A stretch of DNA of 64,000 nt from Acidobacteriaceae bacterium (GCA_965277125.1 CBDIBU010000004.1:87940-151939), one strand, 5' to 3'; counted from the first letter of the stretch, positions 21,306 through 30,703 are shown. Made by a program: numbers and translations. Notes: generated by a model from the letters alone, not told the origin.

Positions 21306-22229
21306 ATGCAAACTTCTTCCGTCGCCAACCCCCAAGAGAAGGTCTGGTTCCTCACCGGCGCCTCCACCGGCTTCGGCCGCCTGCTCGCTGAAGAGCTGCT
21401 TCGGCGCGGCGGCAAGGTCATCGCCACCGCCCGCTCGATGGACAAGGTCGCCGACCTCGAGCAGATGTATCCCGGCCGGGCCAAGGCCTACGCCCTCGAC
21501 GTCACCGACCCCGCGCAGATCGCCTCCGTCGTCGCCCAGGCCAGCGCCTGTTTCGCCCCCGTCGACATCCTCGTCAACAACGCCGGCTTCGGTCTGATCG
21601 GCGCCATCGAGGAGGCCACCGAAGACGAGTTCATGCCCGTCTTCGAGACCAACGTCTTCGGCCTCATTCGTGTGACGCGCGCCTTTCTGCCGCGCATGCG
21701 CGAGCGCGGCTCCGGCCACATCATCAACCTCTCCTCGATCGGTGGCCTCATCGCCCAGCCTGGCTGGGGCTTCTACAACGCCACCAAGTTCGCCGTGGAA
21801 GGCTTCTCTGAAGCGCTCGCCGCCGAGCTCAAACCACTCGGCATCCACGTCACCGTGGTCGAGCCCGGCGCCTTCCGCACTGACTTCCTCGGTCGCGCCG
21901 GCGTAGAAGCAGCGAACCAGATCCCCGCCTACGCCGCCACCGCAGGAAAAGCGCGCGAGTACGTCCACACCGCCGCCGGCAAACAGCCCGGAGACCCGCG
22001 ACGCGCCGTCGAAGCCATCCTCGACCTCGTCAACTCCCCCGAGCCGCCACTTCATCTGCTGCTCGGCAACATGGCCCTCAACCGCTTCCGAAAGCGCCTC
22101 ACCGACTGGACGGCCGAACTCGACCGCTGGGAGTCCACCACGCGAGGTGCGGACTTCCCCCAACCCGAGCAGGTGACCATGGCCTCCACCCTCCACGCCG
22201 AGACCGCCGGAAAGGCGGCCGGCCGGTGA
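21306..22229 (+). CDS. SDR-family oxidoreductase
   Basis: WFLTGASTGFGRLLA (TGxxxGxG), NNAG, and S...YNATK catalytic residues (YxxxK). Confidence 0.85.
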   Translation: MQTSSVANPQEKVWFLTGASTGFGRLLAEELLRRGGKVIATARSMDKVADLEQMYPGRAKAYALDVTDPAQIASVVAQASACFAPVDILVNNAGFGLIGAIEEATEDEFMPVFETNVFGLIRVTRAFLPRMRERGSGHIINLSSIGGLIAQPGWGFYNATKFAVEGFSEALAAELKPLGIHVTVVEPGAFRTDFLGRAGVEAANQIPAYAATAGKAREYVHTAAGKQPGDPRRAVEAILDLVNSPEPPLHLLLGNMALNRFRKRLTDWTAELDRWESTTRGADFPQPEQVTMASTLHAETAGKAAGR

Positions 22230-22867
22230 CCAACCCTGCCGCCCCGCCCACTATCGAGACCATCTTCTGGGATCTCGGCGGCGTCCTCCTGTCCAACGGC
22301 TGGGATCACACGCAGCGGACGCGCGTGCTCGGCCCGCTCGACGTCGATCTCGCCGCCTACGAGATCGCCCACGAACGGGAGAACTGGTTCTGGGAGCGCG
22401 GCCTGATGAGCGCCCGCGAGTTCTTCCAGCGCACTGTCGTCGACCCTAATCCCGCCCTCGGTATCACCTTCGATCAGCTGTGGCCCGCCGTCTGCGCGCA
22501 AAGCTCCCTCGCCTTCCCCGAATCCCTCGATCTGCTCCGCCGACTCGGGGGCTACCCCGAGTTCCGGCTCGCCACCCTCAACAACGAAAGCCCCGAGCTC
22601 AACGCCTATCGCCTGGACACCTTCGGCCTGCGCGACTGCTTTGACTTCTTCGTCTGCTCCGGCTACGTCCACGAGATGAAGCCCGCGCCGGCCATCTACC
22701 GCGCCGCTATCGAGATCTCCGGCCGCCCCGCCGCCACCGCGCTCTTCATCGACGACAAGGCGGAGAACTGCGATGCAGCCCGCGCCCGCGGCATGCGCGC
22801 CATCCTCTTCCAGTCCCCCGCGCAGCTCCGTCACGAGCTCGCGCGCTTCGGCATCCAACCTCACTGA
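22226..22867 (+). CDS. HAD-superfamily hydrolase
   Basis: The GTG start overlaps the SDR stop (GTGA). IFWDLGGVLL (DxG-type motif I variant), ...HEMKPAPAIY, LFIDDKAENCDAAR (motif IV). Confidence 0.8.
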   Translation: MTNPAAPPTIETIFWDLGGVLLSNGWDHTQRTRVLGPLDVDLAAYEIAHERENWFWERGLMSAREFFQRTVVDPNPALGITFDQLWPAVCAQSSLAFPESLDLLRRLGGYPEFRLATLNNESPELNAYRLDTFGLRDCFDFFVCSGYVHEMKPAPAIYRAAIEISGRPAATALFIDDKAENCDAARARGMRAILFQSPAQLRHELARFGIQPH

Positions 22868-22888
22868 CGAACGAAAGCGAGAACACAC

Positions 22889-23794
22889 ATGCAGCTTGGC
22901 CTCATCGGTCTGGGAAAGATGGGCTTCAACATGGCGGAGCGTCTCCGTCTCGGCGGTCACGAGGTCATTGGTTTCGACTTCAGCCCCGACGTGGTCGGCA
23001 AGCTCACCGCGACCGGCTCCAAGGGCGTCAACTCCCTCGAAGACCTGGTCCAGAACATGCAAACACCGCGAGTCATCTGGCTCATGGTGCCCTCCGGCGA
23101 TCCCGTGGATCAGACCATCGCCAAGCTCGAACCGCTCATGCAGAAGGGTGACATCTTCATCGACGGCGGCAACTCCAACTACAAGGACTCCCAACGCCGC
23201 CATGCCGAGTGCCAGGCCAAAGGCTTCGAGTTCGTCGACTGCGGCACCTCGGGCGGCGTCTGGGGACTCAAGGAGGGCTACTCCATGATGATCGGCGGCG
23301 ATGACGCCCCGGTTGAACACTGCAGGCCCATCTTCGAAACTCTCGCCCCCACCCCCACCACCGGCTGGGGCCACGTCGGCCCCTCCGGTGCCGGCCACTT
23401 CGTCAAAATGGTCCACAACGGCATCGAGTACGGTCTCATGCAGGCCTACGCCGAAGGCTTCTCCATCATGAAAGCCAAGACGCCGCTCGCGCTCGACCTC
23501 GAGCAGATATCGCAGATCTGGCGCTTCGGCTCCGTCGTCCGCTCCTGGCTGCTCGACCTCACCGCCGACGCCCTCGCCAAGAACCCGCAGCTCGACGGCC
23601 TCGAAGCCTATGTCACCGACTCCGGCGAAGGCCGCTGGACCGTCTTTGAAGCCATCGACCTCAACGTCTCCGCCCCCGTCATTACCGAGTCGCTCATCCG
23701 CCGTCTCCGCTCCCGCGAAGAAAACAACTTCACCGACCGCATGCTCGCCGTCATGCGTAACGAGTTCGGCGGCCACGCCGTCAAGAAGGCCTAG
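22889..23794 (+). CDS. gnd: 6-phosphogluconate dehydrogenase, decarboxylating (short ~300-aa form)
   Basis: MQLGLIGLGKMGFNMAERL (NAD(P) fold), IDGGNSNYKDS, GTSGGVWG and HFVKMVHNGIEYGLMQ. Confidence 0.9.
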   Translation: MQLGLIGLGKMGFNMAERLRLGGHEVIGFDFSPDVVGKLTATGSKGVNSLEDLVQNMQTPRVIWLMVPSGDPVDQTIAKLEPLMQKGDIFIDGGNSNYKDSQRRHAECQAKGFEFVDCGTSGGVWGLKEGYSMMIGGDDAPVEHCRPIFETLAPTPTTGWGHVGPSGAGHFVKMVHNGIEYGLMQAYAEGFSIMKAKTPLALDLEQISQIWRFGSVVRSWLLDLTADALAKNPQLDGLEAYVTDSGEGRWTVFEAIDLNVSAPVITESLIRRLRSREENNFTDRMLAVMRNEFGGHAVKKA

Positions 23795-23897
23795 CCTCTT
23801 CCTCGCTGGGTGGCGCTCACGCGTGCGCGTCGCCACCCGCCAACTTTCTTCCGCCTGAACCGAGGCCGGCATCGCCGGCCGAAGGAGCATCCGCACC

Positions 23898-25433
23898 ATG
23901 GGCACATCTGCTACCCTCGTCACCCAAGCCTCCCCCGCCGCGACCACCTCCGGGGAGCGCATCCCTGACCCCTGCGTCGTCGTCATCTTCGGCGCGTCGG
24001 GCGACCTCACCAAACGCAAGCTGCTTCCCGCGCTCTTCCATCTCGAGCAGTCCGGCCTGCTTCCCGAAAAGTTCGCCGTCGTCGGCGTCGCCCGCCGCGA
24101 CCTCTCGAAGACCTTCGCCCCGGACATGCAGGACGGCATTCTCAAGGGCGGCGGCGTCGAAGACTCCGACGTCAAGCTCAAGCCGTTCATGGACAAGGTC
24201 CAGTACTTCGCTATGAACTTCGACGACGACAACGGCTACGAGGCGCTCAAGAAGTTCCTCACCGAGATCGACACCAAGTTCGGCACCGCCGGCAATCGCC
24301 TCTTCTACCTCGCCGTCGCCCCCGAGTTCTTCGCCGAGATCATCCAACTCCTCGGCAAGCACGGCATGACCACGACCGCCGACGGCAAAGGCTGGGTCCG
24401 GGTCATCATCGAAAAGCCCTTCGGCACCGACCTCGCCTCCGCCAAAAAACTCAACGAAGACGTCAATGCCGTCCTCCGCGAAGATCAGGTCTTCCGCATC
24501 GACCACTACCTCGGCAAGGAGACCGTCCAGAACATCCTCGTCTTCCGCTTCGGCAATGGCATCTTCGAGCCCGTCTGGAACCGCAACTTCGTCGAGCAGG
24601 TCGAGATCACCGCCGCTGAGTCCATCGGCATCGAGGGTCGCGGCCCCTTCTATGAAAAGGCCGGGGCGCTCCGCGACGTGCTCCAGAACCACGTCATGGA
24701 GGTCCTCTCTTTTGTCGCCATGGAACCGCCGGACTCCTTCCAGGCCGACGCCGTCCGCATCGAAAAACTCAAAGTTTGGAAGGCCATCGAAGGCATCCCC
24801 GTCGAGGACACCGCGCGTGGTCAGTACGGCCCCGGCAAGGTCGACGGCCAGGAGGTCCCGGGCTACCGCCAGGAGGATCGCGTCGACCCCAACTCCTCGA
24901 CCGAAACCTACGCCGCCGCTCGCCTCGAGATCGAAAACTGGCGCTGGGCCGGCGTCCCCTTCTACATCCGCGCCGGCAAGCGCCTCGAAAAACGCATCAC
25001 CGAAGTCACCGTCGTCTTCAAGCAGGCGCCGCTCCATCTTTTTAAATCCAACAACACCGACGAGAAGATCGAGCCCAACATCCTCACCATCCGCATTCAG
25101 CCGGATGAGGGCATCTCCCTCCGCTTCAGCGCCAAGGTCCCCGGTCCCACCACCAACGTCAAGCCGGTCGAGATGGCCTTCAGCTACGCCGAGGCCTTCG
25201 GCAAGTCCTCCGCTAACGGCTACGAGCGCCTGCTGCTTGACGCCATGCTCGGCGAGGCCACGCTCTTCGCCGAACGAGAGGGTGTCGAAGCCACCTGGGC
25301 CCTCTTCACGCCCGTCCTCGAGGCCTGGGCCAAGATCAAGCCCGACTTCCCCAACTACGCCGCCGGCTCCGAAGGTCCGAAGTGCGCCGACGAGCTGCTC
25401 GAGCGCGACGGCCACAGCTGGCGAAAGCTCTAG
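23898..25433 (+). CDS. zwf: glucose-6-phosphate 1-dehydrogenase
   Basis: VIFGASGDLTKRKLLPAL and the active-site RIDHYLGKE motif. 511 aa. Confidence 0.95.
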   Translation: MGTSATLVTQASPAATTSGERIPDPCVVVIFGASGDLTKRKLLPALFHLEQSGLLPEKFAVVGVARRDLSKTFAPDMQDGILKGGGVEDSDVKLKPFMDKVQYFAMNFDDDNGYEALKKFLTEIDTKFGTAGNRLFYLAVAPEFFAEIIQLLGKHGMTTTADGKGWVRVIIEKPFGTDLASAKKLNEDVNAVLREDQVFRIDHYLGKETVQNILVFRFGNGIFEPVWNRNFVEQVEITAAESIGIEGRGPFYEKAGALRDVLQNHVMEVLSFVAMEPPDSFQADAVRIEKLKVWKAIEGIPVEDTARGQYGPGKVDGQEVPGYRQEDRVDPNSSTETYAAARLEIENWRWAGVPFYIRAGKRLEKRITEVTVVFKQAPLHLFKSNNTDEKIEPNILTIRIQPDEGISLRFSAKVPGPTTNVKPVEMAFSYAEAFGKSSANGYERLLLDAMLGEATLFAEREGVEATWALFTPVLEAWAKIKPDFPNYAAGSEGPKCADELLERDGHSWRKL

Positions 25434-25445
25434 GAGGCCGCCATC

Positions 25446-26261
25446 ATGCCGAAGCCGCTCACCATCACCTACAGCGTCTGGCCAAGCCCGGAGGCGGTCG
25501 CCCTGGCCGCCGCCCGGCTCTTCGCCGGCGCCGTTCACCACGCCGTCGACACCCGCGGCGTCGCCCGCATCGCCATCTCAGGCGGCACCACGCCCAAGCG
25601 CATGTTTCAGCTCCTCGCCGACCCCGGCAAACCCTTCGCCGCCTCCATCCCCTGGGCGAAGCTCCATCTCTATTGGGTCGATGAGCGCTCGGTCCCGCCT
25701 ACCGACGCCGAGTCCAACTTCCGCATGACCTCCGAGGCCCTGCTCTCCAAGGTCCCGCTCCCCGCCGAGCAGGTGCACCGCATGGAGGGTGAACTGCCGC
25801 CCGAAGAGGCCGCCAGCCGCTACGAAACCGTCCTGCGCAACTCCATGAAGCTCGAGGGCGCCGAGTCCCCCGCTTTTGATCTCCTCCTCCTTGGCATGGG
25901 CGACGACGGCCACACCGCCTCCCTCTTCCCCCACACCACCGCCCTCGAAGAGATCACGCGCCTCGTCGTCGCCAACCACGTCCCGCAAAAAGATACCTGG
26001 CGCATCACGCTCACCTCGCCCGTCATCAACCAAGCCCGCGAGGTCGCCTTTCTCATCGAGGGCGGCGCCAAAGCCAAGATCCTCGGCGAGGTCCTCACGG
26101 GCCCGCGCGACCCCGACCGCCTCCCCTCGCAGCTCATCCGGCCCAGCTCCGGCCACCTGCTCTTCCTTCTGGATCAAGCCGCCGCCGCCGCGCTTCCACC
26201 GCCCACACAGACCTTGACCGACGCCGACGGCTCCCATACCGTGGGCACGCTGGAGCGATAG
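25446..26261 (+). CDS. pgl: 6-phosphogluconolactonase
   Basis: ISGGTTPK, WVDERSVP and LLLGMGDDGHTASLFP motifs. Positioned after zwf. Confidence 0.9.
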   Translation: MPKPLTITYSVWPSPEAVALAAARLFAGAVHHAVDTRGVARIAISGGTTPKRMFQLLADPGKPFAASIPWAKLHLYWVDERSVPPTDAESNFRMTSEALLSKVPLPAEQVHRMEGELPPEEAASRYETVLRNSMKLEGAESPAFDLLLLGMGDDGHTASLFPHTTALEEITRLVVANHVPQKDTWRITLTSPVINQAREVAFLIEGGAKAKILGEVLTGPRDPDRLPSQLIRPSSGHLLFLLDQAAAAALPPPTQTLTDADGSHTVGTLER

Positions 26262-26269
26262 GACGAACG

Positions 26270-27331
26270 ATGATTCTTGCAGGTGATATCGGCGGCACCA
26301 AGGTCCATCTGGCCCTCTACTCCTTCGACGACGGCAAGCTGCGCATCCTGCGCGAGCAGAAATATCCCGCCAACGAATACCTCTCCCTCGAGGCCGTCGT
26401 CCAGGACTTTCTCTCGACCGAGCCCGAGCGCCGCCAGGAGATTGCCGCCGCCTGCTTCGGCTGTCCCGGCCCCGTCCGCGCCGGCCGCCTCAAGCTCACC
26501 AATCTCCCCTGGATCCTCGACGTCCACGACCTCTCCACCCGCCTCGACATCGAGCACATCTTCCTCATCAACGATCTCGAGGCCAACGGCTACGGCATCC
26601 CCGAGCTCCGCGCCGAATCCATCTTCACCCTCCATGCCGCTGACACCGCCGCGGTCGGCCATCGCGGTCTCGTCTCCGCCGGCACCGGCCTCGGCGAGGC
26701 CCTGCTCATCTGGGACGGCAAGCAGCAGCACGTGCCCATCCCCTCCGAGGGCGGCCACTGCGACTTCGCCCCGCGCACCGATCGCGAGATCGATCTGCTC
26801 CAATTCCTCCGCCGCACCCTCAAGGGCCGCGTCAGCTACGAGCGCGTCGTCTCCGGCCTCGGCTTGCGCAACATCTACAGCTTTCTTCGCGACGAGGTCC
26901 GCCTGGAAGAGCCCGCGTGGCTCCGCGACCGCCTCGCCGCCGAAGACCCGAACGCCGTCATCGGGGAGTGCGCCGAGGACGGCTCCTCCGAGCTCTGCCA
27001 TGAGACCATGCACATCTTCTCCTCCGCCTATGGCGCGGAGGCAGGCAACGTCGCCCTCAAGGTCCTGGCCAGCGGCGGCATGTACATCGGCGGCGGCATC
27101 GCCCCGAAGATCCTCAAGATCATGCAGAGCGGCCCCTTCATGGAGGCCTTCGTCGACAAGGGCCGCCTCCAGCCACTCCTCGAAGCTATCCCCGTCCGCA
27201 TCATCCTCAATGACAACTGTGCCCTGCTCGGCGCAGCCGCCTTCGCCGAAGCTCGCGCGTCCGAGGTCTCCGGCCGCTCCGAACGCGCCGCCTCCATCGC
27301 TCACACCAGCCCGCCGTCCTCGCCCGCCTAA
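26270..27331 (+). CDS. glk: glucokinase
   Basis: MILAGDIGGTKVHLAL (ATP-binding), EGGHCDFAP and GGMYIGGGIAPK, typical of Glk-type glucokinases. Confidence 0.9.
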   Translation: MILAGDIGGTKVHLALYSFDDGKLRILREQKYPANEYLSLEAVVQDFLSTEPERRQEIAAACFGCPGPVRAGRLKLTNLPWILDVHDLSTRLDIEHIFLINDLEANGYGIPELRAESIFTLHAADTAAVGHRGLVSAGTGLGEALLIWDGKQQHVPIPSEGGHCDFAPRTDREIDLLQFLRRTLKGRVSYERVVSGLGLRNIYSFLRDEVRLEEPAWLRDRLAAEDPNAVIGECAEDGSSELCHETMHIFSSAYGAEAGNVALKVLASGGMYIGGGIAPKILKIMQSGPFMEAFVDKGRLQPLLEAIPVRIILNDNCALLGAAAFAEARASEVSGRSERAASIAHTSPPSSPA

Positions 27332-27393
27332 CCTATCCTGAACCTACCCGATCAGCGTCACCTCCTGACAAAAAGCGTTAGCCGCCACGCCGC

Positions 27394-27448
27394 AATCCGG
27401 ATTTCCAATCCGGTTTCCGTTGACAGCCAACCGGCGACCACTTACCTT
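27394..27448 (+). promoter_or_regulatory. tandem AATCCGG(A)TTTCC direct repeat abutting a TTGACA-17-TACCTT promoter-like element
   Basis: Repeats at 27394..27406 and 27407..27418; TTGACA 27420..27425; TACCTT 27443..27448; GAGGA 27456..27460; ATG at 27465. Confidence 0.3.
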
Positions 27449-27464
27449 CCATCCTGAGGACATA

Positions 27465-27629
27465 ATGAATAAGCTCCGTCTTGCCCTGCTTGCCTTCGGT
27501 CTGTTGTGCGTCGTAACACCCCGTTCTTACGCGACCGGTGGCTGCCTCAACTCTCCCGAAAACCCCACCGCCGTTCTTGCCGTCATCGGCTCCGCGGGCG
27601 CCGTCTTCTTCTCGCGTCGACGCAAGTAG
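27465..27629 (+). CDS. small PExPT/PEP-CTERM-like sorting-signal protein (putative exosortase substrate)
   Basis: MNKLRLALLAFGLLCVVTPRSYA (signal peptide) + TGGCLNS + PENPT + AVLAVIGSAGAVFF (TM) + SRRRK. This matches the tripartite PEP-CTERM architecture, and the gene sits directly upstream of an exosortase gene. Confidence 0.7.
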   Translation: MNKLRLALLAFGLLCVVTPRSYATGGCLNSPENPTAVLAVIGSAGAVFFSRRRK

Positions 27630-27806
27630 CCCATCTCCTGCCTTGCCCCGAACGCGCGGGAAAACGATCGACCGCGCCGCGGAAGCTTCGTTCCCCACCC
27701 TGCAGCAACCGGGGTGATCTTCCTTTCTTCCTTCCACTAACACACCGCTCGCCCGCCCATCGTATGTAACCGCCCAAGATGGAGACGATGTAGCCGCCAA
27801 GAGCAC

Positions 27807-29483
27807 ATGGCCACCACCGAAGCGACCCTCCTCGACGCTCCCCCGGCCTCCCGGCTCCGCTACCCCCTCGGCGTCCCGCTCCCCATCCTCGCCGCCGTCG
27901 TCCTCACCCTCGCCGGCATCAGCAGCATCTGGCCCACCGCCCTCGTCCTCTACACCATGTGGATCGATGACCCGCTGAAGTCGATCGGCATGCTTGTGCC
28001 CGTCGCCAGCCTTGCCCTCATCCTGCGTGTCTGGCGCTCGCTCCGGTGGGAGATGCGTGGCTCCTGGTGGGGCCTCGCTCTTCTGCTCGCCACCGCCGCC
28101 GCCGTCCGCTTCCGCGAGCAGTCCGTCCTTGTCCTCATCCTTTCCCCACGCTGGTCCATCTACTTCCCTCCGCACTCGCTCGTCGCCCTCGCCTACGCCA
28201 CCGGCTGCGTCCTGCTCTTCGGCGGCCTGCAGCTTCTGCGCGCTGCCCGCTTCCCCGTCCTGCTCACCCTGCTCGTCAACCCCGTCCCCCACGTCTTCAA
28301 CGTCTTCGTCGACCTTCCGCTCCAGCGCGTCTCCGCCCACGTCGCTCGCGCCTTCGCCCACGCGCTCCACCAGAAGCTCACCCCCGACCAGATGCGGCTC
28401 ATGTTCACGCCCGACTTCGGCATGTTCATCGCCCCCGGCTGCAACGGCATCCGCGGCGCCGTCACCATGGGCATGATCGCCCTCGTCGTCGGCTATCTCT
28501 ATCGCTTCCGCCTGCGCGACCACGCCCTCTTCGTCGTCGCCGCCGTCCTTCTCGGCTACATCTTCAACTTCGTCCGCCTCTGCACCCTTGTCCTCTTCTA
28601 CATCCTGGCCCTCAAGATCCCGTGGCTTCAAGACCGTGCCGAGATGGGCGACTACCTCATCGGCGCCGCCCTCTTTCTCGTCGCCGTCGGCCTGCTCTTC
28701 TCCGTCATCCGCCACCTGCAGCGTGCCGAGGCCGCACCCGCACCCCGGCTCGTCGCCCCGGCACAGCACACCACCCGCGGCAGCCTTTTCGGCACCCCCG
28801 CCCACCTCGCCGCCATGCTGGTCTTCAGCCTGTTCGCCGGCGTTCACTGCGCGCACGCCTATTCCCGCGCCCAAGCCATCGCCGGCGCTAACCTAGTCTC
28901 GTCACACAGCTTCCCCCCCGCCGTCGGCGGCTACCACCTCGACCGCACCTGGGCCGAGGGCATGACCGGCGGTCCCATCCTCTTCGACTGGGCCGCCTAC
29001 GCCCCGCCCCCCAGCCCAGTCGGCGCCAGCCCCTCCCTCACCGACTCGCCGCCCCTCCCCGTCGCGATCGGCCTCTCCCCCACGCTCGGCTCCCACGACT
29101 CCTCCATCTGCCACTCCGCCCGCGGCGAGGACCCCGTCTGGCACGGCCAGCTCGAGATCCCCACCGCCGCCGGCCCACAAACCTTCAGCAGCTCCTTCTT
29201 CAACGACGGCGCCCTTCAGTACCTCGAGCTCAGCACCGTCTGCACCGCCCTCGGCTGCGCCGAATACACCACCGGCGACAACCACCTCGGCCTCATCTAC
29301 ACCCGCCCCGCCCCTGCCGAGGCCCTTGCTCCCGAGGCCCACCGCCCCATCCCCGTCCTCCTACGCATCGAAACCTCCGACACAGCCATGCCCGCCGACC
29401 TCGCCCGCGCCGAGCTCACCGCCGCCGCCCGCCAGTTTCTCGCGGGTGCCGACCTCCTCGCCATCATCCGCCCCACCCGCTAG
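27807..29483 (+). CDS. exosortase-family protein fused to a C-terminal periplasmic (EpsI-like position) domain
   Basis: Polytopic N-terminal ~310 aa with the Cys motif IAPGCNGIRGAV (Cys212, codon 28440..28442) and the Asn/Arg motif YIFNFVRLCTL. An extra TM follows (LAAMLVFSLFAGV), then a ~200-aa soluble domain with four Cys. Confidence 0.8.
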   Translation: MATTEATLLDAPPASRLRYPLGVPLPILAAVVLTLAGISSIWPTALVLYTMWIDDPLKSIGMLVPVASLALILRVWRSLRWEMRGSWWGLALLLATAAAVRFREQSVLVLILSPRWSIYFPPHSLVALAYATGCVLLFGGLQLLRAARFPVLLTLLVNPVPHVFNVFVDLPLQRVSAHVARAFAHALHQKLTPDQMRLMFTPDFGMFIAPGCNGIRGAVTMGMIALVVGYLYRFRLRDHALFVVAAVLLGYIFNFVRLCTLVLFYILALKIPWLQDRAEMGDYLIGAALFLVAVGLLFSVIRHLQRAEAAPAPRLVAPAQHTTRGSLFGTPAHLAAMLVFSLFAGVHCAHAYSRAQAIAGANLVSSHSFPPAVGGYHLDRTWAEGMTGGPILFDWAAYAPPPSPVGASPSLTDSPPLPVAIGLSPTLGSHDSSICHSARGEDPVWHGQLEIPTAAGPQTFSSSFFNDGALQYLELSTVCTALGCAEYTTGDNHLGLIYTRPAPAEALAPEAHRPIPVLLRIETSDTAMPADLARAELTAAARQFLAGADLLAIIRPTR

Positions 29484-29488
29484 ACAGC

Positions 29489-30565
29489 CTAATGCAGCAC
29501 TGTGGCGAGCGAAGTCGTGGCGCCGCGAGACGCAACCGCATAGTGGTCTGCGGCCGGCGGCGCATAGCGCCGATAGACGCTGATATGGAAGCATGATTGC
29601 TTGAACTCTTCTTCCACATCGACTTTGCCGCTCTGGATCAGCAACAGCAGGTAGCCGCGCATCCATGCGATCTCCGCGACGGACATGCCTCGCTTGGCGA
29701 GATCGACCGCCTGCCCGGTCAGGTGCGGCGAGGCTGTATCCCCGTCCGCGGGAGCGGCGTTGCCGTTGCGATGCATGAGCTGTTGCTGAAACTCCACGGT
29801 GCGCACGGCGGAGTTCACCTGCAGCGGCGTGTGGAAGCGCTGGAAGTGATCGCGCGCAAGATCATGGAGGAAGAGCGCGGTCCACGGCCGGACGAAGCGC
29901 CGGTTGGTCGGCAGTCGGTCGTCAACCACCAGCGCTGCGTTCACCGGAACGGCGGTCAACATGCCGCGCTCGCGCAGGGCGTCCAGGTCGGCGTCATTCT
30001 GCACTCGGCCAAGCCCGTCCTGGTCGGCCATCTCGTTCTGGTGCAAGAGAATATCGTGCGATCCGACGAGCGCCGCGGGGACCAGCAGGCGACCGCGAGG
30101 ATCGTACAGCTTGGGCAAGGCAAGCGGCTGGGTGGCGGCTTCGGCGACGTCCGGCAGCTGCGGCCGATTGGCCGTGGGGCGGATCAGGTTGACCACGGCG
30201 GTCTGGGCACCCGGATCCGAGGCGGGGCGCGCGGACGTCCCTTTTTCCGCTGCTCTAAATCTATTTGGCTGAGGGATTTGACGACCGTGCGGGGCAACGG
30301 CGTGGCGCGAAGCAACGGCCTGGCGTGAGGAGCGACCGGGCAGCGCGCGGGCGGTGACCGACCAACGGCCGCTGCGCTTAGCCACGGCATGAAGGCGGGG
30401 GCGTCGACGAGCGGCGTGAGCTGCCGGTCGACGAGGGGTCACGCGCGGTTCGGGACGGCGCGCAAGCTCCCTGTAATGAGTGGGGTGAGAGGCAAAGGAA
30501 GGCGCACCGAAGAGCAGCGCAAGCAGCGCGGAACAGACAGCAGCGGCAAAGGCCGAAGGTCGCAT
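29489..30565 (-). CDS. secreted peptidase M15-like (VanY/LD-carboxypeptidase fold) protein
   Basis: Signal peptide MRPSAFAAAVCSALLALLFGAPSFA, a low-complexity Arg/Pro/Ala region, then SPHLTGQAVDL (SxHxxGxAxD zinc motif) and a C-terminal ...CFHISV His. Confidence 0.7.
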   Translation of the reverse strand: MRPSAFAAAVCSALLALLFGAPSFASHPTHYRELARRPEPRVTPRRPAAHAARRRPRLHAVAKRSGRWSVTARALPGRSSRQAVASRHAVAPHGRQIPQPNRFRAAEKGTSARPASDPGAQTAVVNLIRPTANRPQLPDVAEAATQPLALPKLYDPRGRLLVPAALVGSHDILLHQNEMADQDGLGRVQNDADLDALRERGMLTAVPVNAALVVDDRLPTNRRFVRPWTALFLHDLARDHFQRFHTPLQVNSAVRTVEFQQQLMHRNGNAAPADGDTASPHLTGQAVDLAKRGMSVAEIAWMRGYLLLLIQSGKVDVEEEFKQSCFHISVYRRYAPPAADHYAVASRGATTSLATVLH

Positions 30566-30703
30566 GGATTGTGGCGGCGGTCGCGGGGATCCGTCCAGAG
30601 CACCGTAAGACTATCTCGCATATTGAGTTACTGGGAGTAGCGAGCTGGGTTCGAAAGGGCCGAAGGTATACTGAGCGCTTGGAACGGTAGATCGGGAGCG
30701 TTC

